DNA from: a virus
Taxonomy: Duplodnaviria > Caudoviricetes
IMG/VR virus record: IMGVR_UViG_3300025631_000005
Span: 1-64,000 of that record
DNA: 64,000 nucleotides
Direction: 5' to 3' (one strand)
The notes beneath the pieces are model-generated. The model worked only from the letters and a program-made list of their open reading frames with translations, was not told where the DNA came from and did no database searches. Below, in pieces: positions 10,024 through 20,302 of the stretch (position 1 is the first letter of the stretch; the number at the start of each line of letters is the position of its first letter). The position numbers and the translations under genes are program-made.

Positions 10024-10242
10024 ATGCGCAGAAGAGCGCCGAAGAGACTGATACGACAGAAACGTGTTAGAGTCGATCCGTTGCTGCAGGCTGCTTGCGA
10101 ATTTCTGTTGCCGTACCCCTACTGCAACGAAATGGCAGAGAGACTTCAGAAGGAGATCGGCGATAGCAGGAGGCTTTGCGTCAACCCTGATTTTACAGTC
10201 AATCACCGATGTCATCTGATAAATTTGGTTTATTGTTCGTAG
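10024..10242 (+). CDS. small hypothetical protein
   Basis: SD AGGAGGAG upstream; 72 aa. Confidence 0.45.
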   Translation: MRRRAPKRLIRQKRVRVDPLLQAACEFLLPYPYCNEMAERLQKEIGDSRRLCVNPDFTVNHRCHLINLVYCS

Positions 10243-11087
10243 ACGTGAGCGACGACGGCAGCCTAGCCGTCGCCAGCGGTCATAATCTGGTCGCTGTCTT
10301 TGATATAGTGTGCTACAGACATATCCAAACCCTGGACAGAAAGCTGTGCGCTGCCGTCTGCCATGCGGTATTCGACTCCGACGAGTCCAAAATCCACGTC
10401 GTAATGTACGACGGCAGGCTGCGTACTTGGGATTTCCTGAAGGATAAACTGGCCGAAAACGTCCGTCTACCCGTCGGACCCATCACCTCGACGGCTGTCG
10501 CCAGCGACAGACAGTCGATCCTGCTCGGGGACGCCAAAGGTCGTTTGGCCGTTTTCCATCCTCGTCTTAAACGGGCGGAGCCGATCGGCCATTGCCCGTT
10601 TCTGATCACGACGACCGCTTTGAGCGAGAGCGGACGCCTCGCCGCAGTCGGAGACATGGATCGGAATATCTACATTTGGGATACGAAGACCAAGCAGGCC
10701 GTCGTCCAGTATCATTTGCCTTCCACTCCCCTCAGCGCGAATATCCGCGGCAGCAAGGCGATATTTGGCCTCAGTAACGGCAAGCTGGCTGTAGTCGACT
10801 ATGACGACTGCCAGTTGGTGCCTACTGTGCTGAAGAGAAAAAAGATCGTCGGTATGGACGCCGACGACCAGCGTGTAATTGCGGCAAGCGCCGGCGGTTC
10901 AATCGCGGTCATGCACCGGCAGGACGGCCGATTCGAGTTGTCCAGACTGCTCAAATCACACATGATAAGGGCGATACGTCTGATCCGACCATGCAAGCTG
11001 GCCGCCATATCCGCCATCTACTCCGGAGACCTGCTGGTGTTCGACTTGGAGCAGGCGACGCTTAAGCGCCGTATTTGCGCTGGATAA
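10209..11087 (+). CDS. WD40-like beta-propeller protein
   Basis: About 40-aa repeats: DGRLRTWD, DAKGRLAVF, DMDRNIYIWD, SNGKLAVVD, with intervening ITSTAVASD and ITTTALSES strands. Confidence 0.8.
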   Translation: MSSDKFGLLFVDVSDDGSLAVASGHNLVAVFDIVCYRHIQTLDRKLCAAVCHAVFDSDESKIHVVMYDGRLRTWDFLKDKLAENVRLPVGPITSTAVASDRQSILLGDAKGRLAVFHPRLKRAEPIGHCPFLITTTALSESGRLAAVGDMDRNIYIWDTKTKQAVVQYHLPSTPLSANIRGSKAIFGLSNGKLAVVDYDDCQLVPTVLKRKKIVGMDADDQRVIAASAGGSIAVMHRQDGRFELSRLLKSHMIRAIRLIRPCKLAAISAIYSGDLLVFDLEQATLKRRICAG

Positions 11088-11222
11088 CCTATCTGGTAGC
11101 CGATATTGCAGCCGGCTATCCGATGCAGACCATTACGGTTTTCGTGCGATAAAATGACACCGTATATAGCCCAGAGATCGCCAGTATGGGGCGGTTAATT
11201 CCAGAGAACGGCTAGAAAGGAG

Positions 11223-11429
11223 ATGTCTATGTGTAATGAGTTTATAGCAGAAACATTGTTGAGCGTGCCGATCGATAGCGGCGTCATCGAAAAGATCCAA
11301 AGTGATGTAATCGAGATGTCAAAGCAGGTGAGCGACAATCTCAGCGTCGATGCGGTCGCTGAGAGTATCAGTTGGAAATGGAGAGGAGTTTTGAATCCAG
11401 ATTCAAAAAACGGAGGCGCTGAAGAATGA
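11223..11429 (+). CDS. small hypothetical protein
   Basis: SD AAGGAG; contains LNPDSK from palindrome copy 3. Confidence 0.45.
   Translation: MSMCNEFIAETLLSVPIDSGVIEKIQSDVIEMSKQVSDNLSVDAVAESISWKWRGVLNPDSKNGGAEE
11389..11408. repeat. palindrome copy 3 (one mismatch)
   Basis: TTTTGAATCCAGATTCAAAA; the change is synonymous (CCA for CCG, Pro) in the LNPDSK reading. Confidence 0.93.
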
Positions 11430-11794
11430 AAAGAGAAAACCCGAAGCGGCACAAGGTCGTTCTTTTCAAGGACGAAGATGGAGAGATCAGCGGTGCGGCT
11501 TCTGACCTGCCGAGGGGCTCGATGGTCATTGTCGTCCCCTGCTACTGCGGTACGAAGCTCGACTGGCTGCATTACCAGCAGTTCCGTTTCCATCATCCTA
11601 TCGTGATTGTGAAGCGCAGCAGTCCGGATTCGGACTACGCGAAGTTCCTTGTGCTGCGCGACGACGGCTATGACAGTCACGTTGCGACCATACAAGGCCA
11701 GTTCTCATCGGAAGAACTTGCGCAGTACCTTCGAGATCTCGGTTTCACCAACGTCAAGATCGACGAAGACCGGGAAGTCGATTACGACGATTGA
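11426..11794 (+). CDS. hypothetical protein, paralog of 11840-12226
   Basis: HKVVLF...LRDLGFTNVKI versus RIVIF...LSELGFQNVEV. Confidence 0.6.
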   Translation: MKRENPKRHKVVLFKDEDGEISGAASDLPRGSMVIVVPCYCGTKLDWLHYQQFRFHHPIVIVKRSSPDSDYAKFLVLRDDGYDSHVATIQGQFSSEELAQYLRDLGFTNVKIDEDREVDYDD

Positions 11795-11839
11795 TGGAGT
11801 CGACCACGAAAAAGAGGACTACGAAAATAAAGGAGGACT

Positions 11840-12226
11840 ATGAGTTCGACAGCGAGGACGGAGCCGCGTCGTGAACAACACGACGACGGCCCGGCGGCTA
11901 AAAAGCGTATTGTGATCTTCGATTCCGGCAAATACGGCGTTTCAGTCGTGGCATTGGATAATCCGGAGGAGTTCGAAATCATACTGCTGACACAGCGTGG
12001 AGACGCTGTCACGAGGCTGAGCGCGACCGCGATTCGCTTCGACGCCCGGCTTCAAGTGGTAGAGATGCCTGAAAACGGCGGTAATTCCGTCTGTATCAGA
12101 CTCATTGAGCCTCCAGACGGAGAGATTCTGCACGCGGTCGGGAAAGTGACGGCTGGGGCTGTGGTCGACGAGCTTTCCGAGCTCGGCTTTCAGAACGTCG
12201 AAGTCGTCGCTTTACGTAAGATCTGA
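11840..12226 (+). CDS. hypothetical protein, paralog of 11426-11794
   Basis: SD AGGAGG; shared terminal LGFxNV motif. Confidence 0.6.
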   Translation: MSSTARTEPRREQHDDGPAAKKRIVIFDSGKYGVSVVALDNPEEFEIILLTQRGDAVTRLSATAIRFDARLQVVEMPENGGNSVCIRLIEPPDGEILHAVGKVTAGAVVDELSELGFQNVEVVALRKI

Positions 12227-12248
12227 AGTCAAAAACTTCTGTTGATCG

Positions 12249-13538
12249 TTGAGTAGAAAGGAGATGCAAATGCTCGGCTCATCGGTTCTGGGTATGCTTT
12301 TGAAAGCGAAGTCGGACGATGTTGATGCCGTTGTGGAAAGAATCCGAAAGGATGTAAAGTCGCTGAAGACGCTGGCCGACGGCAGCCTTACAGACGAAGA
12401 GCAAGCGCAGATCCGGCGATGGTTCTTCGCATTCGGCGACAAAGCTGACCCTACCAGTGTTTACGATTTTGTGTACCGGCTCAAAACGCAGCCGAGGTCG
12501 GTAAAATCGTTCGTCTCGCGGTGTCTTCGCAGCGAGTGCAGCGTCATCCGGGCGTTCGCCTGCCGTGCGGCGGCGCGTTTGTTGAGTACGGGGAGATGTC
12601 CGTTCTCCAAGGCGGCTGTGGTGTCGGCGGCGAAATCGGTGCTGAAGAAGCTGCCTGGGGTTTATATAGAGACGTCGATGCTGAATTTGCTCTACAGGCT
12701 TGCGCCTGACGAATATCGTACCGCCGCCAGGGCGCTTCTACGGCGTGCTGTGGCCGAAGCACATGCGAACGCGCCGTTGGTCCTAATCGAGTTCGGCAAG
12801 TTCTACGATCTTTTGCCGTATGCCGTCGATCTGATACTCAAGAACCTGGACCGGAGGTCTCCGGGTTACAGAGAGTCCCTTTTGTGCAATATCATATCTT
12901 TGGTCGTTCGCGCAGGCTGCGAGCTTCCACGCTCGACGGCTCGCAAGCTCGTCGTGAAGACGCTGGACTGCATGAAGGCGAATGTGTTCGCGTGCCGGAC
13001 AGTTGTGCTGTACCTGTGGTCGCTCCTTGACGTTTGGCGCAAAAACCGCAATCTGATCAAGTCGATCAGCGAGGACGTTTTGCGGTATCCGTCCAACGCG
13101 GTCAGGCCCGCCAATAATATCCTTCTCGCCATACTCAAAGCCAGATTGAAGCACGACGTCTATGGCAACTGCTCGATCAGCCTTCCCGAATTGATCAGCA
13201 GCTGTCTCAATAACGAGTATTGCAAAGACAGTGATGTACGGCTCTGGACGTTGACCGCGCTTATTAGATTGGCCGCGCATGTCGTAGACATCCGCCAATG
13301 CGCCAAGCTGATCAGCCAGCTGCCGAATAGAGGGGCGGCGGAAAGCTATCAGTTCGTCTATCTGGACCTGCCGGCCGAGCGGTTTGTGGACCTGTTGAAC
13401 CTTCTCCGTCCCAAAAGACGCGCCATTGTCCTGCGGTCTGTCGCCGGATTCTGGTCTACAGTCGACAAGGGTTTGGTGCACAAGCTGACGCCTGACGTGG
13501 ACCCGATGGAGGTGGAACAGGTTGTTCGGTTCATCTAA
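12249..13538 (+). CDS. paralog family H, member 3 (true start probably downstream of the listed TTG)
   Basis: KSFVSRCLRS...GRCPFSKAAVVSAAKSVL is shared with members 4 and 5; C-terminal VYLDLPAERFVDLL. Confidence 0.7.
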   Translation: MSRKEMQMLGSSVLGMLLKAKSDDVDAVVERIRKDVKSLKTLADGSLTDEEQAQIRRWFFAFGDKADPTSVYDFVYRLKTQPRSVKSFVSRCLRSECSVIRAFACRAAARLLSTGRCPFSKAAVVSAAKSVLKKLPGVYIETSMLNLLYRLAPDEYRTAARALLRRAVAEAHANAPLVLIEFGKFYDLLPYAVDLILKNLDRRSPGYRESLLCNIISLVVRAGCELPRSTARKLVVKTLDCMKANVFACRTVVLYLWSLLDVWRKNRNLIKSISEDVLRYPSNAVRPANNILLAILKARLKHDVYGNCSISLPELISSCLNNEYCKDSDVRLWTLTALIRLAAHVVDIRQCAKLISQLPNRGAAESYQFVYLDLPAERFVDLLNLLRPKRRAIVLRSVAGFWSTVDKGLVHKLTPDVDPMEVEQVVRFI

Positions 13539-13623
13539 CCGAGCGGCTTGAATACGAACGGCTGCCTGGTTATCGTCGATCTGGCGGGCGCTGCCGTCAA
13601 GCGGCGCCCGCCCGACTTGTTGT

Positions 13624-14976
13624 GTGGCTGTTTTGACTGCTGTGAAATCTCGAAGTTTGATGGAAAGGAGAACGAGAGTGCCTAGTTTGCTCGGTATAGA
13701 TATGGCATGGGCGACGCGGCGGGTAGGCGCTTATATTTTCGAAAGGATCTCCAAAGATGCGCCGGCGATGCTGGAAATAGGCAAAAAGTGGCTCAAAGGG
13801 GGCAAGTTGTCCGATTATCAGCGCAGATTGCGTAAGTTTACCGACCAGGAGTATGGGGCGTCTGACAGCGTCGGAGCGCTCCTGTACTGGATCAATAGGG
13901 ATCCGAAGTCGGCGAAGTCGCTTGTCTCGCGGTGTCTCCGAAGCAAGCGTATGATTGTCAGAGCGTTCGGGTGCTACGCCGCGGAGCGGCTGTTGAAAAC
14001 GGGAAAATGCCCGTTCTCTAAGGCTACTGTGGTGTCGGCGGCGAGGTCTGTGCTGCGGGAAGTTCGGAGCTATCCTGAGATCCAGCTGGCGGCTAAGATG
14101 CTGCAGCTGATTCAGAACCTTGAGCCGAAGGTCTACTGTGCGGCGGCCGAGTCATTTATACGCCGTATTACAGCCGACTGCGGTTTAACGTACGTGACCG
14201 ATGCTGTTGAGCACTGCAAGCTCTACGATTTCGTCCCGCTCGCCACCGAGCTGATGCTCAAACAGCTCAATCGGGACAGACTGGTGCATAAAGCAGCCTG
14301 TTTACACCGTGTTTTGTTTTTCCTCGTGCGCGGGGAATACGAGCTGCCGGGAGCGACAGCCCGCAAACTCGTTACAACGACCCTGGATTGCATGGAGCTC
14401 GACGATTTCATGTTCCATGACGTTATGATGCTTCTGTGGCCGCTCCTCGATATTTGGCGTAAAAACCCTGAGCTGTCTGAGACGGTCAACAAAACCATTC
14501 TGCGCTACCCCTACGACAACGTCGCCTCTGTCCATAAACCCCTTCTCGCCGCGCTCAAGGTGCGGGCGGAGTACGACATGACCGGCGCCTATACCCGTCT
14601 TGCTGAATTGGTTGGGTATTGTTGCGTCGACGGCGATTACCACGGTCTGGTATCTCCATCATTGCGGGCCGTTCTTCTCAAAGCGGCTGCGTATGTCGGA
14701 GATGTCGATCAATGCGCTATCACGCTTGCCGATCGAATGAGCGACGATGAAGTGTTGGACCAAGGATATATCGCCTACCTGGATATGACGATGGAGCAGT
14801 TCAAGCGGCTGCTGGATCGGCTCCCCGTCAGCAGACGTGAACTCGTCTTACAGTCTGTTTCGGAGTTCTTAAACTTGCTCGATTACGAGTTGATGTTCAA
14901 GGAGGTCAGAAAAGGCTTCGCAATTACGTTTGACAATGTCGATCAGGCTCTCGCTTCAGCCGAGCGGCCGGTCTAA
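13624..14976 (+). CDS. paralog family H, member 4
   Basis: LYWINRDPKSAKSLVSRCLRSK...GKCPFSKATVVSAA; LWPLLDIWRKNP. Confidence 0.7.
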   Translation: MAVLTAVKSRSLMERRTRVPSLLGIDMAWATRRVGAYIFERISKDAPAMLEIGKKWLKGGKLSDYQRRLRKFTDQEYGASDSVGALLYWINRDPKSAKSLVSRCLRSKRMIVRAFGCYAAERLLKTGKCPFSKATVVSAARSVLREVRSYPEIQLAAKMLQLIQNLEPKVYCAAAESFIRRITADCGLTYVTDAVEHCKLYDFVPLATELMLKQLNRDRLVHKAACLHRVLFFLVRGEYELPGATARKLVTTTLDCMELDDFMFHDVMMLLWPLLDIWRKNPELSETVNKTILRYPYDNVASVHKPLLAALKVRAEYDMTGAYTRLAELVGYCCVDGDYHGLVSPSLRAVLLKAAAYVGDVDQCAITLADRMSDDEVLDQGYIAYLDMTMEQFKRLLDRLPVSRRELVLQSVSEFLNLLDYELMFKEVRKGFAITFDNVDQALASAERPV

Positions 14977-15079
14977 GAAGAACCGACAGACGAGGCGATG
15001 TCGGTTGGTCGCGGATTCGGTTTACTGTTTGTTATGTGACTGTTTCAGTCGGTATGAAGTCTAAAGAAAGGAGATACCG

Positions 15080-16363
15080 ATGAACGGTTTGTATGACATG
15101 GATATGCAGCGGGTGGCGGAATTTGCGAGCAGCGATGTCTTCGAAAGCGCTCACGGAGACGCGTCGACGATATGGGAGATGGTCAAGGACTGCTCTGAGG
15201 CTAGGGATCGACTCGACAGTAATCTCGGGCTGTCCTTGTTCGCCGACTGGATGTATGCGGCGTCTAATGACGCCTATGCGTTCCTGTACTGGATCAATAG
15301 GGACCCGGAGTTGGCGAAATCGCTCGTTTCGCACTGTCTTCGAAGCAAGAAGCTGCGTGTCAGACTGGATGCGTGCCTTGCCGCCGAGCGGTTGTTGAAG
15401 AAGGGAAAGTGCCCGTTCTCCAAGGCCGTTGTGGCGTCGGCGGCGAAGTCTGTGCTGCGGGAGGTCTCTGATCACTATCTGGCGGCTTCACTGTTGCGGC
15501 TGATCCAGAGACTTTCGCCGGAGGACTACTGTGCGACGGTCAAGTCGTTCCTGCGTCGTGCTGTAAACACCCGATACATAGGGTGTGTGATCGACGTTAT
15601 CGAGAGAGGCAGGCTCTATGCTTTTGTGCCGTTTGTCGTTGAGCTCGTTCTCAAGAAGTTGCATGAGAAGCGCCCGGCGGACAGCCTGTATGTCCTGCGT
15701 CATATCATGTCTCTCATTATGCGTGCGGAGTGCGACCTACCGGCGACGACGGCCAGAAAGCTCGTTGTGAGATTTCTGGATTGTCTGACCGACGAGTATG
15801 CGTTCTCGGAAGTCATGTTGCACCTGTGGCCCCTTCTTGACATCTGGCGTAAAAACCCTGATCTCACCAAGGCGGTCGGAAAGGCCATCCTGCGCTATCC
15901 CTATGGTAATGTCACCCCTGTCAATAAGCCCCTTCTCGCCGCGCTTAAAGTGCGGGCGAAGTACGACGCCACCGGCGATTCGGCCTCCCTTGCGACGTTG
16001 GCCGACTACTGTTTCGGCGATGCCGACGGCGGCGACGGTCGCAGTCAAGCCCTGCAGCGCTCGTTGCGGGTCTTGTTCCTCAGAACGGCCGCATACGTCG
16101 GGGCTGTCGGCCAATGCGCCGACACGCTTATCAACCGAATGAGCGACAGCAATGTGCTGGACTATGGCTATATCGTCTATCTGAGCATGGAGATCAACGG
16201 ATTTATGCAGCTGTTGGACCGGCTCGATCGCGCTCCTGAGAAACGCAAGCTCCTCTTACGGTCCGTTGCGCGGTTCTTAGACGTGCTCGGCTATGAGGCG
16301 ATAGCCAGAACAGCCATGACAAACAGCTACAATCGGTTGTTCTCGACAGTTGACGAAGATTAG
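15080..16363 (+). CDS. paralog family H, member 5
   Basis: SD AAGGAG; LYWINRDPELAKSLVSHCLRSK...GKCPFSKAVVASAA; LWPLLDIWRKNP. Confidence 0.72.
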   Translation: MNGLYDMDMQRVAEFASSDVFESAHGDASTIWEMVKDCSEARDRLDSNLGLSLFADWMYAASNDAYAFLYWINRDPELAKSLVSHCLRSKKLRVRLDACLAAERLLKKGKCPFSKAVVASAAKSVLREVSDHYLAASLLRLIQRLSPEDYCATVKSFLRRAVNTRYIGCVIDVIERGRLYAFVPFVVELVLKKLHEKRPADSLYVLRHIMSLIMRAECDLPATTARKLVVRFLDCLTDEYAFSEVMLHLWPLLDIWRKNPDLTKAVGKAILRYPYGNVTPVNKPLLAALKVRAKYDATGDSASLATLADYCFGDADGGDGRSQALQRSLRVLFLRTAAYVGAVGQCADTLINRMSDSNVLDYGYIVYLSMEINGFMQLLDRLDRAPEKRKLLLRSVARFLDVLGYEAIARTAMTNSYNRLFSTVDED

Positions 16364-16425
16364 ACTGAGAGGAACCGATAGGCAAGACGCCATCGGCTGA
16401 CTGCTGGTTCGGCGTATTGCCAGGG

Positions 16426-16461
16426 CAGGTGGGCGCCGCCGAGCGGCGCCCACCTGTTTTT
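16426..16461 (+). terminator. intrinsic terminator
   Basis: CAGGTGGGCGCCGC-cga-GCGGCGCCCACCTG (14-bp stem), then TTTTT shared with palindrome copy 4. Confidence 0.85.
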
Positions 16462-16480
16462 GAATCCGGATTCAAAAACA
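16455..16480. repeat. palindrome copy 4 (extends to 26 bp)
   Basis: TGTTTTTGAATCCGGATTCAAAAACA. Confidence 0.97.
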
Positions 16481-16497
16481 GAAATTTTTTGAACCGC

Positions 16498-16526
16498 TTG
16501 CAATCTTCGCCGGACCAAGGTAGATT
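16498..16526 (+). promoter_or_regulatory. sigma70-like promoter for the helicase operon
   Basis: TTGCAA (16498-16503), 17 nt, TAGATT (16521-16526). Confidence 0.55.
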
Positions 16527-16560
16527 GCCTTTTACCTGACGACCTGGCGGAGTTCAGCAG

Positions 16561-18105
16561 ATGATAAAACAAGCCCATATCGATCGTATCGACTCGCTGC
16601 TGGTCCTATCCTCAGACGGCGAGCGACCGATTGATGACAAGGAGCTCCTTTATGAGCTTACGCGAAAACTACAGTTTACTAAGGTCAATCTTAAGTTCGC
16701 TGGTAAGTTTTCCAGGGAATTCAAAACCTGCGCCCTGTACGCCTTGGACGACCAGAACAGGATCGTCTGTCAGGTCGGCTGGTTGGACGCAATCTGCCGC
16801 CTACTAAATAAGCACGGCTATGCTGTCGATTTGTGCGATAAGTCTTCGCCTCTACCTCGACCGGACTGCTACGAGGAAGACTGGGAAGGGCTGGAGCGGA
16901 ATTTCCAGTTTCGACCTGCACAAAAAGAGTGCATTGTTGCTATTTCTGAGCGCATCAGCAAGCGATTAGGCGGCGTCGTCGAAGCTCCGACGGCTTTTGG
17001 TAAGACCAAAGTGATCTCCATGATCTGCACTCTATACCCAAAAGCCAAGATCGACGTCGTCACAAGCGGTCTTGAGCTTATCCACGACCTACGGCGACAT
17101 CTGCTGACGGTTACTCCCGAAGTGGGGGTGATCGGTGGCGGCGGTAAAGACGAACGTCGGATTACGGTTGTGTCCGACAAAAGCATGGCTTACAGTAACT
17201 TCGAGGCGGACATCGTCCTGGTGGACGAGGTCCATAAAATGATGACCGATAGGTCCGCCGGGCTGTTGAGCCGCTACAAGCACGCCTGCATGTTCGGCTT
17301 TACGGCGACCAAAGAAACCCGGATCGACAACGCCCACCGTCGAATGGAAGGCATTTTCGGGCCGACCATCTTCAAGATCGACTGGAAAAAGGCTGTCGAG
17401 CTTGGTCTGATCGTACCAGTTCAGGTTATATGGATACCAGTCAATCTGGGGACTCTCGTTTCCCGGTATTACGAGTCTGTGATTCGCAGAAAGCGGTTCG
17501 GGTATTGGAGAAACTTGGAAAGAAACCAGGCTATCGCGAAAGTAGCCAGAGCTTTCTACCAGGAGGGTTTTCAGACCCTGATTCTTGTCGAAACCGTCGA
17601 GCATCTTCTTTACCTGCACGAGCTGCTGCCGGAATTCGCCATTTGCTACGGCAGCCTGGAGCTGAGCGGCAGAAAGCTGGAGATGTTCCGGCGCCGGGGT
17701 CTTCTCAAGGACGTCCATCCGCTCACTCAAAGGGATCGGATGCAGCTCAAAGCGAGGTTTGAACAGCAGGATCTGATGGGCGCTATCGCCACTCCGATCT
17801 GGACTCATGGGGTCAGCTTCGACGCCTTGCAGGTCCTGATCCGAGCCGACGGCGGCGACAGCATGACGAACAACTATCAGTGGCCCGGTCGGGTCACAAG
17901 AATAGACCCGAAAACAGGAAAATCGTACGGTATTGTGGTGGATTTTGAAGACTTGTTCGATCCGTGGGCTTTGGCCAGAAGTCGGAGAAGGAGACAAGCC
18001 TATGCCAAGGCGGCCTGGAATCAAAAAACTATTGGCAGACAAGCCGATCAAGCAGAAGACGACGAAAGCCGGTCCTACAGCGAAAATAGAACCTCCGGCG
18101 GATGA
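16561..18105 (+). CDS. superfamily II DNA helicase (UvsW/XPB-like)
   Basis: APTAFGKT, VDEVH, GFTAT, motif VI QWPGRVTR. Confidence 0.88.
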   Translation: MIKQAHIDRIDSLLVLSSDGERPIDDKELLYELTRKLQFTKVNLKFAGKFSREFKTCALYALDDQNRIVCQVGWLDAICRLLNKHGYAVDLCDKSSPLPRPDCYEEDWEGLERNFQFRPAQKECIVAISERISKRLGGVVEAPTAFGKTKVISMICTLYPKAKIDVVTSGLELIHDLRRHLLTVTPEVGVIGGGGKDERRITVVSDKSMAYSNFEADIVLVDEVHKMMTDRSAGLLSRYKHACMFGFTATKETRIDNAHRRMEGIFGPTIFKIDWKKAVELGLIVPVQVIWIPVNLGTLVSRYYESVIRRKRFGYWRNLERNQAIAKVARAFYQEGFQTLILVETVEHLLYLHELLPEFAICYGSLELSGRKLEMFRRRGLLKDVHPLTQRDRMQLKARFEQQDLMGAIATPIWTHGVSFDALQVLIRADGGDSMTNNYQWPGRVTRIDPKTGKSYGIVVDFEDLFDPWALARSRRRRQAYAKAAWNQKTIGRQADQAEDDESRSYSENRTSGG

Positions 18106-18742
18106 ACAGTTGGCCGAGCTGGCTGCGCGTGTCCGCGCTGCGTATTTCAGAAATCGGAACTACGTTCAATGTCAGGCGAGATCCGATTACGGGAAAGGAT
18201 ATACTTATCCATGGGACCATAAGTCGTCCCACGGTAAGACGATATGGGAGAAAATCGCCGAGGGGCTTGTTCGACAGAACGTCACAGACCCGGAGCGATT
18301 CGTCCATGCACAGTTTGCCTACTCAAGTAGACCGGAAGGCTTATTGCCTCCGTATCTTCTCAGCGAAGACAGTCAGGAGAACTACCGAAAGTACTGTCTG
18401 TCGGCTGATACAGCGCTCCGCCGTTCGGCGGCGTCCCAGATAGCCAAGTTCAAGTGTCTTCAGGTCGAGTGCAGCCGCGTCCATCAGTCTAAAGAGGGCA
18501 GTTGCCGCGCCGTCCTTATGACCAGCACAAACGGATTGAGTCCGCTTTTCCGGTGGCTCGTGGCTGCCAGCGAGGACATGTTGGACGTGTGCAATCACTG
18601 GGAAGAGGCTGCGGTGGTCCAGTATATGTTGGACCCGGAAGGGTATAAGAACGTTTGGTCCACGTTGTTTTCGCCGGTCTTCAGCAAATTCCTCACGCAT
18701 GTCGGACCTTACTTGATCGGCTATACGGAAGACTCAAAATAA
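18002..18742 (+). CDS. hypothetical protein between the two helicases
   Basis: ATG 18002 with SD AAGGAG at 17988; in frame with the track ORF 17933-18742. Confidence 0.6.
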   Translation: MPRRPGIKKLLADKPIKQKTTKAGPTAKIEPPADEQLAELAARVRAAYFRNRNYVQCQARSDYGKGYTYPWDHKSSHGKTIWEKIAEGLVRQNVTDPERFVHAQFAYSSRPEGLLPPYLLSEDSQENYRKYCLSADTALRRSAASQIAKFKCLQVECSRVHQSKEGSCRAVLMTSTNGLSPLFRWLVAASEDMLDVCNHWEEAAVVQYMLDPEGYKNVWSTLFSPVFSKFLTHVGPYLIGYTEDSK

Positions 18743-18759
18743 TCATAGAGGGTTGACTT

Positions 18760-20301
18760 ATGGCATCTATATTTGACGCTGTTTTGAGCTGCATTATCGG
18801 TTGTGAACATGCTAGAGTCGCTGCGTTTGATCGGGTCGGCCAGGAGCATTTTCTGCCTGCCGAACAGCCGCACTATCTGATATTCGCAGCTTTAAAGCGT
18901 TATTACGATCGCTACAAGAAGATTCCGTCGAAAGAAGCGCTGCTACATATGATCGAGGCGGCGGCGCAGGCCAATCCGCTTTACTTTGCGCTGATGCCGC
19001 AGGCCAAGGCTGTCGCGGAGGCGGCTTACTCTGGTCCGATATGCGACGAGGACTACGGGACGGAGCTTCTGCAGCAGTTCCTCATGGACAGAGACATCAA
19101 GCGGCCGCTGGCGGCCGCTGTGGCGGGTACTGCGGACAGCTCGGTTATGCTGCCGAATATCCTTCGGTCAGCCGAGGAAAAACTCCGCTCAGTCGAGATG
19201 TTGGACCGTCGGAATGTACCTGACGGGGCTATCCGACTTAGCCAATGGAAGGGCGATATTCTGATAGACCCCATTATGAGCGGCGTACAGTTCGTGGATG
19301 AGAATATGCCGACCGGGCCCAGGATGGTCAATGTTCTTCTTGGTCCTACCGGCGGCGGGAAGACGATCTTGGCCTGTCAGATACTTTGCGGCTGCGCCGG
19401 CGTGCAGCACGCCAACGACAAACTGGCGGGCAAGAGCCAGTCGGGTTGGTTCGGCTACTTCGGGTACGAGGGCTCGATCAAGCGGCCGCAGTCGATCATC
19501 ATCAGCCATTTGGCCAAGGTCCCGAGAAGCCGGCTGATGCAGATTACGAGTCTCAGCGAGCTGTCGACCACGGAGAAGCCGAGCCAAAGCGATATCGACC
19601 TGTTCCGTCGAGGAGAAGTGACCAATGTCATCGGCGAACAGGAAAGGATCGAGGAGAAGAAGGAGATCATCGAAAACTACGTTCGGATCTTCAATTTCTC
19701 CGGGGTAGACGAGGACGGTAGCGGCCACAGTTTCGGTTTCGGCGGCGTACCGGAGATCGCCGATCTGATATCCAGGGTCAACGATAAGCTGGGCGTCGGC
19801 GTCAGGTATGTAGTGATCGACTGGGCCGGAATGGTAGTGCAGAACTACTTGAGGTCCAGTAGACGACAGTTCGAGAGCAATTACACGCTGGAGCTGAGCC
19901 GATTCGTCTACGAGACCTATACGAAGATCGCTGTGCCGTTCAACTGCGCCGTCCTGGTGCTCCATCAGCTGAGAGGGGCCCTGGGCCGGACGAAAGGCTC
20001 CGTAGCATCCAGAGTGACCCACGCGGATGCAGAATGGTGCTCCAACTTCGCGGTGAACGCCTGGTATGCATTCTGCTTGGGTTACAAGGATGAAGAGACC
20101 AATATCTGCACCATATCGTGGACAAAGACCAGAGACCAACGTACCACCCCACCTGTGGTATGTCGATTGGACGGTGAGCTGTCCAGGTTCGTATCTGTGT
20201 CCGATCTCTATCAGATCGACTACGCCCTCGGCAAAATTGTTCCGCGTGAAGAAGTCAAGGCCGCAGCGACGCGCCCAACCATACGTGTAATGAGTTTCTA
20301 A
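18760..20301 (+). CDS. DnaB-like replicative helicase
   Basis: N-terminal helical domain, Walker A LLGPTGGGKT, FGYEG, VVIDW, VLHQL, KTR finger; followed by a primase. Confidence 0.8.
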   Translation: MASIFDAVLSCIIGCEHARVAAFDRVGQEHFLPAEQPHYLIFAALKRYYDRYKKIPSKEALLHMIEAAAQANPLYFALMPQAKAVAEAAYSGPICDEDYGTELLQQFLMDRDIKRPLAAAVAGTADSSVMLPNILRSAEEKLRSVEMLDRRNVPDGAIRLSQWKGDILIDPIMSGVQFVDENMPTGPRMVNVLLGPTGGGKTILACQILCGCAGVQHANDKLAGKSQSGWFGYFGYEGSIKRPQSIIISHLAKVPRSRLMQITSLSELSTTEKPSQSDIDLFRRGEVTNVIGEQERIEEKKEIIENYVRIFNFSGVDEDGSGHSFGFGGVPEIADLISRVNDKLGVGVRYVVIDWAGMVVQNYLRSSRRQFESNYTLELSRFVYETYTKIAVPFNCAVLVLHQLRGALGRTKGSVASRVTHADAEWCSNFAVNAWYAFCLGYKDEETNICTISWTKTRDQRTTPPVVCRLDGELSRFVSVSDLYQIDYALGKIVPREEVKAAATRPTIRVMSF

Positions 20302-20302
20302 A

